From NCBI GenBank assembly GCA_951406725.2, contig OX597828.1:50282001-50346000 (forward strand): a stretch of DNA of 64,000 bases. The letters run 5' to 3'. Source of the stretch: Octopus vulgaris (Eukaryota). The notes below the pieces were generated by a model. That model ran no database searches and was not told where the DNA came from. It saw only the letters and a list, made by a program, of their open reading frames with translations. This document shows, in pieces, positions 58,588 through 64,000 of this stretch (the first letter of the stretch is position 1; each line of letters begins with the position of its first letter). The position numbers were made by a program, and so were the translations under genes.

Positions 58588-58955
58588 TGTATGTATGTAT
58601 GTATGTATGTATGCATGTATGTATGTATGTATGTATGTATGTATGTATGTATGTATGTATGTATGTATGCATGTATGTATGCATGTATGTATGTATGTAT
58701 GTATGTATGTATGAATGTATGTATGTATGTATGTATGCATGCATGTATGTATGTATGTATGTATGTATGTATGTATGTATGTATGTATGTATGTATGTAT
58801 GTATGTATGTATGTATGCATGTATGTATGTATGTATGTATGTATGTATGTATGTATGTATGTATGTATGTATGTATGCATGCATGTATGTATGTATGTAT
58901 GTATGTATGTATGTATGTATGTATGCATGTATGTATGTATGTATGCATGTATGTA
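58243..58955. repeat. (TATG)n/(TGCA)n microsatellite
   Basis: Direct inspection. Confidence 0.97.
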
Positions 58956-58999
58956 TTAGAAGGGACATGGTTTGACGGGTGCTTATAACGAGTATAACA

Positions 59000-59310
59000 T
59001 AAATTCGTTACCAGTAGCTCCAGGACACACCAGTCATATCAACAAGTTCGTCAATTGTTCGGTGACGGTCCTGCAAGATTAGTTCATGCATTCTCTTGAT
59101 ACTTTCATTCGTTCTGGGGCGGTCGACGGTCGTACTGAACGAGGTTCGTCTTCAAGCGACAAGTGACCATTCTAAAGCGTGGAAGCTACTCGTAAGCTCA
59201 TGGCAGTGTTCTTATAAGCTATTTGAAGCATGACACCTGTCTCAGCCGCCGTTTCCTCTTACAGATAACAGAATTACACGGAAGCACGCTGTTCCTTCGG
59301 TTCAGCCATC
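59000..59310 (-). pseudogene. Decayed mariner transposase N-terminal fragment
   Basis: MAEPKEQRASV*FC...TAAET..ML..AY...SLEDEPRS.RPST. Confidence 0.7.
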
Positions 59311-59424
59311 ACAAAATCAACGAACAGGGGAGAGCACTGCGAAACAAATATGCACCACGTCGCAGTACAAGTTCAAGCCACGACACCAGCCGGTAGACTG
59401 ATGCCTGAGGGTCGCATTAAGTTC

Positions 59425-59860
59425 TTGTGGAACCGCTTGATGTTGGTAGCTTTGTCAGCTGCATCGCTACACCTGTTACTTATTCGTGCGATTTCATTTC
59501 CTATATATGCGGCTTTGGCTCTGCTGGGTAGGGCTGGCTCGTAGTGCATAAACAAGTTCCTACTGATAGCCGTCTTGTAAAAGTTAGAACAGATGGAAAC
59601 TTTCTCTGTAATCCTGAATTGTAAATTAAAGAGAAAGAGTCTTCCGAACACGTTCGGGTGTTCAATTTCGAATGTTGTGTTTGTCGACATTGTTGAATCT
59701 CCGCTGTGCCTCAGGAATCGTCAACATAATCTGGAGAAAAAGATTCATGAGTGGCCAGTGCTAAGCGGCGTTTGCACCAGTTGGTCCATGTACGTGATGG
59801 CTAGCAGGCCAGAGGGACTTGATCCCATCGGTTCTATAGTGAAGCAAACTGCTTATTAAT
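59425..59860 (-). pseudogene. PLE reverse transcriptase fragment (motifs B and C, thumb)
   Basis: PMGSSPSGLLAITYM, YVDD, TFEIEHP, LFMHYEPALP...NEIARISNRCS. Confidence 0.8.
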
Positions 59861-60702
59861 TAGCTGGAATCATCTAACTTTTACTAAAAGAAAGCAATTA
59901 GTAAAGTCTGATGTCTAGAAAATACCAATTTTAATTATATTCTTTTACCAAAATGAGGCTTCCAACGTCCTTTGTTATTGAAGAATCAAGCACATACTTC
60001 AGTCACAAAGCTCATTTCTATTCACTGCGTCATACATCCCCACCTCTCTCTACTACTCCATTCAATTTTTTTCATTAAAAATGAGAGATTATAAAGTTTT
60101 TCCATGAGATACTTCGTGAAAAGAAAATTCTTTGCCTGTATTTATCATATCAAAATTACTTAGAGGTTTTGAGTTAAAAGCAAAAGTGATCTTTTCAATA
60201 ACGAAAGCCTTGGATGATTTTCTGTATAAATCGAATTTGCGCATATTGTTAGGTAATATATTGATGCTTGTTTTTCGTCTCTCTTTTCTCTCTCTTTCCT
60301 CTCTCTCTCTCTTTCTCTCTTTCCTTATCTCACAAACGGTGTTCATAACCCTTGTCCCGTCATTTCATTTAATATTTTGTCTCCTTCACGCAGCGCTCTC
60401 TGTCGCATTCACTTTGTTTCCTTGCAACACACGCTCTCTCTCTCCTCACTCTCTCTCTCCCTCTCTCTATCTTTCTCATTCTCTCTCGCTTTCGCTCCTA
60501 ACCGCCTCTATTCAATTATTTCTATTCAAAATAAGTAATTACAAATTCCTATTTGAGATACAAGAGTGACATTTTTTTGCATTATGTCTATTTATCATAT
60601 CAAAATTACTTAAGAGATATCTTAGGAGATTTACTAAAAAAGACAAAATATTATTTATATACATATATGTGTGTGAGTATGTTTATATATCATATATATG
60701 AA

Positions 60703-61046
60703 TGTGACTGTGTGGTAAGATTCCGGGTTCAGTACCACTACGTGGTACCCTGGACGAGTGTCGACGAAAGCTTTGAAAATGGATTTAGTAGAAGGAAACT
60801 GAAAGAAGCCCGTCGTATATATAAATGTATATATCTATGTGTGTGTATCTTTGAGTCTGCGTTTGACTCCCCTGCCGCTTGACAACCGGTATTGGTGTGC
60901 CCCCATATCTTAGCGGTCCGCCTAAAGTAACAGATAAAATAAGTAGTAGGTTAAAAAGATAATTCCTTCATGTCGATTTGTTCGACTAAAACCCTTCAAG
61001 GCAGTGCCCCTGCATGGCCGTAGTCACATGACTGAAACAAGGTAAA

Positions 61047-61048
<2 letters not shown>
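60703..61048 (+). mobile_element. Degraded SINE family A
   Basis: Recognisable B-box, body and tail. Confidence 0.75.
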
Positions 61049-61095
<47 letters not shown>

Positions 61096-61096
<1 letters not shown>

Positions 61097-62318
61097 GAGG
61101 GACGTTCAATAAGTAATGCCTCTGACCCACTTGCAGTTATATCTCTATAGAGTAAGTGGCAAATTACACCTCTGAATTAATTGTGGTTTCTGATTTACAT
61201 GTGTTTGAACCGAGTCAAGTGTGAAATGGAGCCTGTTGAGTGTCGAGCAGTGATCCGGTTTTTGTATTTGAAAGGACGCACACCACGGGAGACTTTTGAT
61301 GAAATGAAAGTAACTTATGGTGATGATGCCCCATCATATGACCTTGTAAAACGCTGGCATCGTGAATTCAAACATGGTCGGAACTCTGTGGAAACAGCTC
61401 CCAGATCTGGTCGCCCCCTTCTGCCATTGATGAGGCATCTGTCCGTCAAGTTGAGGCTGCCATTTTGGAAGATCGACGCATAATTATTCGCCAAATAGCC
61501 CATGGGGTCAAGATTAGTACCGGGTCTGTGGAAACTATCATTCATGACCATTTGCATATGCAAAAGGTGTCTGCCAGATGGATTCCCAGGTTGCTCACGC
61601 CTTTTCAGAAGCAAGAACGCGTCGAGTGCTCGAGGGTGAATTTGGAGATGTGCCAAGAAGATGAGTCAAAATTTTTCAAAAGACTGATTACACAGGATGA
61701 AACCTGGGTCCATCACGATGATCCAGAGACCAAAGCCCAGTCAATGCAGTGGAAGCACCGTGACTCACCCCCTCCAAAGAAGGCAAGGGTGCAGCCCTCC
61801 GCTGGCAAGGTCATGCTCACAGTCTTCTGGGACCAGGACGGAGTAGTGATGACAGATTTCCTGGCAAAGGGTACCACAATTGCAGGAGCCTATTATGCTT
61901 CACTTTTGAGGAAATTAAGAGAAGTTATCAAAATCAAGAGGCGGGGCAAGATCAGCAAAGGCATCCTCCTCCTGCAGGACAACGCTCCGGTCCACAACTC
62001 GCGCGTCGCCAGATCAGAAGCACAGGCGTATGGCTATGAACTCCTCCCTCTGATTTTCACCTCTTCCCAATCATGAAGTTGTTTTTGAAAGGAAAGCGTT
62101 TCTCAGATGATGCAGCCTTGATTTCTGAAGTCACGTTGAGGTTGGAGGACCAAGCTGGGTTCTTCTACAAAAACGGTCTCCAGAGCTGCATCAAACGATG
62201 GGAGAAATGCGTAACTCTGGGTGGTTCCTATGTAGAAAAAGACTAATAACTGTGCCAAGTTTCGTTGCTCTACTGCTATGGGAAGTGTGTCAGGGGCATT
62301 ACTTATTGAACGCCCCTC

Positions 62319-62319
<1 letters not shown>
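61096..62319 (+). mobile_element. Mariner transposon, both TIRs, defective transposase (61226-62246), inserted in (TA)n
   Basis: TIRs CGAGGGACGTTCAATAAGTAATGCCTCTGAC / GTCAGGGGCATTACTTATTGAACGCCCCTCG with TA flanks; MEPVECRAVIRFL, WIPRLL, TQDETWV, QDNA, YVEKD*; frameshift near 61418 and deletion of the PYSPDLAP motif. Confidence 0.95.
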
Positions 62320-62371
<52 letters not shown>

Positions 62372-62373
<2 letters not shown>

Positions 62374-62995
62374 GTAATCCCTCGTCATATCGCGGTTCGC
62401 CTATCGCGGTTCGCCTATCGCGGTTCGCCTATCGCGGTTCGCCTATCGCGGTTTATTATTTAAGCTTACGTCGATTCCTCCGTGGCGTTGTTTTGCATTT
62501 ATAATAAAACAGATATATAAAAATAATATAAACAAGAGCACTCAGCGCAAACCTCCACCAAGGCAACACCAATGTCCTCTCAACGATTAGCCAGAGATGA
62601 TTTTCAAAATGAGAATATCTGAAATCAACTCGACTGCTCGCACAAAGGAGAATACTAAAAATGAACCCGATCGCTCTTAAAAATTAAGTAAAAAATCCGG
62701 AAAAATAATCCAGAATCCTTGTCCGGTATCGGATAGGTCCCAAAATCTAGTCAGTTCGTGTCAGTTATGAGGTCAAACATCCCTAAAAGTTTCAACCGAA
62801 TCCATCCAGCAGTTTTTGAGATATCTTGTCCACGGACAAACAAACAAAGAAACAAACGCGACTGAAAACAATACGTCCACCTTCGCCAAGGCGGAGATAG
62901 TAAATATACAGTGAAGTACTGTTTCTACTTCAAGGATTTTCTCCTTTCGGGTGGGGTTTTGGAACGTAACTCCCGCGATAGTCGTGGGGTTACTG
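62372..62995. mobile_element. pogo/Tigger-type MITE with 14-bp tandem repeat and nested insertion
   Basis: Ends CAGTAATCCCTCGTCATATCGCGG and (reverse complement) CAGTAACCCCACGACTATCGCGG; (TATCGCGGTTCGCC) ~4.7 copies at 62388-62453. Confidence 0.6.
62531..62903. mobile_element. Helentron-associated (HINE/DINE-1-like) non-autonomous element
   Basis: Subterminal inverted motif CTCCACC / GGCGGAG, terminal hairpin region, internal (CAAA)n, TTTCAACCGAATCC block typical of such elements. Confidence 0.5.
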
Positions 62996-63114
62996 TATAT
63001 GTATGGATTAGCAGAAAGGCACATTCCAGCGGTTTTCTGCAAACAAACGACATATTCCAGCAGAAAATCGCGGTGTTTTATGCTAAGGCACAGACACAGA
63101 CACACACACACACA

Positions 63115-63195
<81 letters not shown>

Positions 63196-63723
63196 ACACA
63201 TACACACACACACACATACACACACACACACATACAGACACACACAGATACAGTCACCCACGTAATGCATATATATATATGTGCGTTGGGCATCTTGGCG
63301 TGTTGCAAAACGTGTAGATATATACACACAAAAGTATTGTATTAGATCAAGTTAATAGGAACCAACCAAAATACGTTTATATAACTGCTAACATGTAAAA
63401 AATTACAAGAATAACATTTTCATGCACAACCAGAAAGAGAATGAAACAAAAACTAGAAAAAAAAACCCCCACAAAGCAAACAAACCAAAAACGCAGAATC
63501 CATCAAATAAACTTCAAACAAAACAAATAACCACACTACAACCTATTGCTGTTACGCATATGCTGAATCACATAGAAACGCGGAAGTAAGATTCCAGCGT
63601 GAACGAACAAATATAAAAAAGAATTATAATATGAAGGAAGTGTTTTCTATAAGATGGAAGACAAACAAATTCTAAACTATATCGATATATATGCACTCGC
63701 ACATAGAAATTTTCAACATAGTG

Positions 63724-63867
<144 letters not shown>

Positions 63868-64000
63868 GTTGAAAAGTTTTATGTGCGAGATATATATATA
63901 TATATATAATATATATTATATAAACACAAATGTATATGCATATATTTATATATATACATATATATATATATATGTATATATATGTATATATATATATATA

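Overview
AT-rich, microsatellite-saturated eukaryotic DNA with no intact protein-coding gene. The repeat style (very dense (TA)n/(CA)n/(TATG)n/(TATC)n/(TAA)n tracts plus several abundant tRNA-derived SINE families) is most consistent with an octopus (coleoid cephalopod) intergenic or intronic region; the taxon is my inference. Nearly all listed ORFs are microsatellite artefacts. Real coding remnants are all transposon-derived: two Ty3/gypsy gag(-protease) relics with primer-binding sites, a Tx1/L1-type endonuclease, CR1-, RTE- and R4/Dong-type LINE 3' ends, several Penelope-like element (PLE) RT/GIY-YIG fragments, two long mariner copies plus mariner/Tc1/pogo remnants, and Helitron-like non-autonomous elements. 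The most notable signal is a set of minimal type I hammerhead ribozyme motifs in PLE tails and fold-back palindromes. One PLE tail carries a tRNA-derived Pol III promoter directly upstream of its hammerhead (47925-48395), and a 2.25-kb palindrome carries twin hammerheads (50907-53162). A unique-looking stretch at about 20.9-22.8 kb has promoter-like motifs and splice-site-bounded segments that may belong to a host transcript. All coordinates were read by eye and boundaries are approximate.
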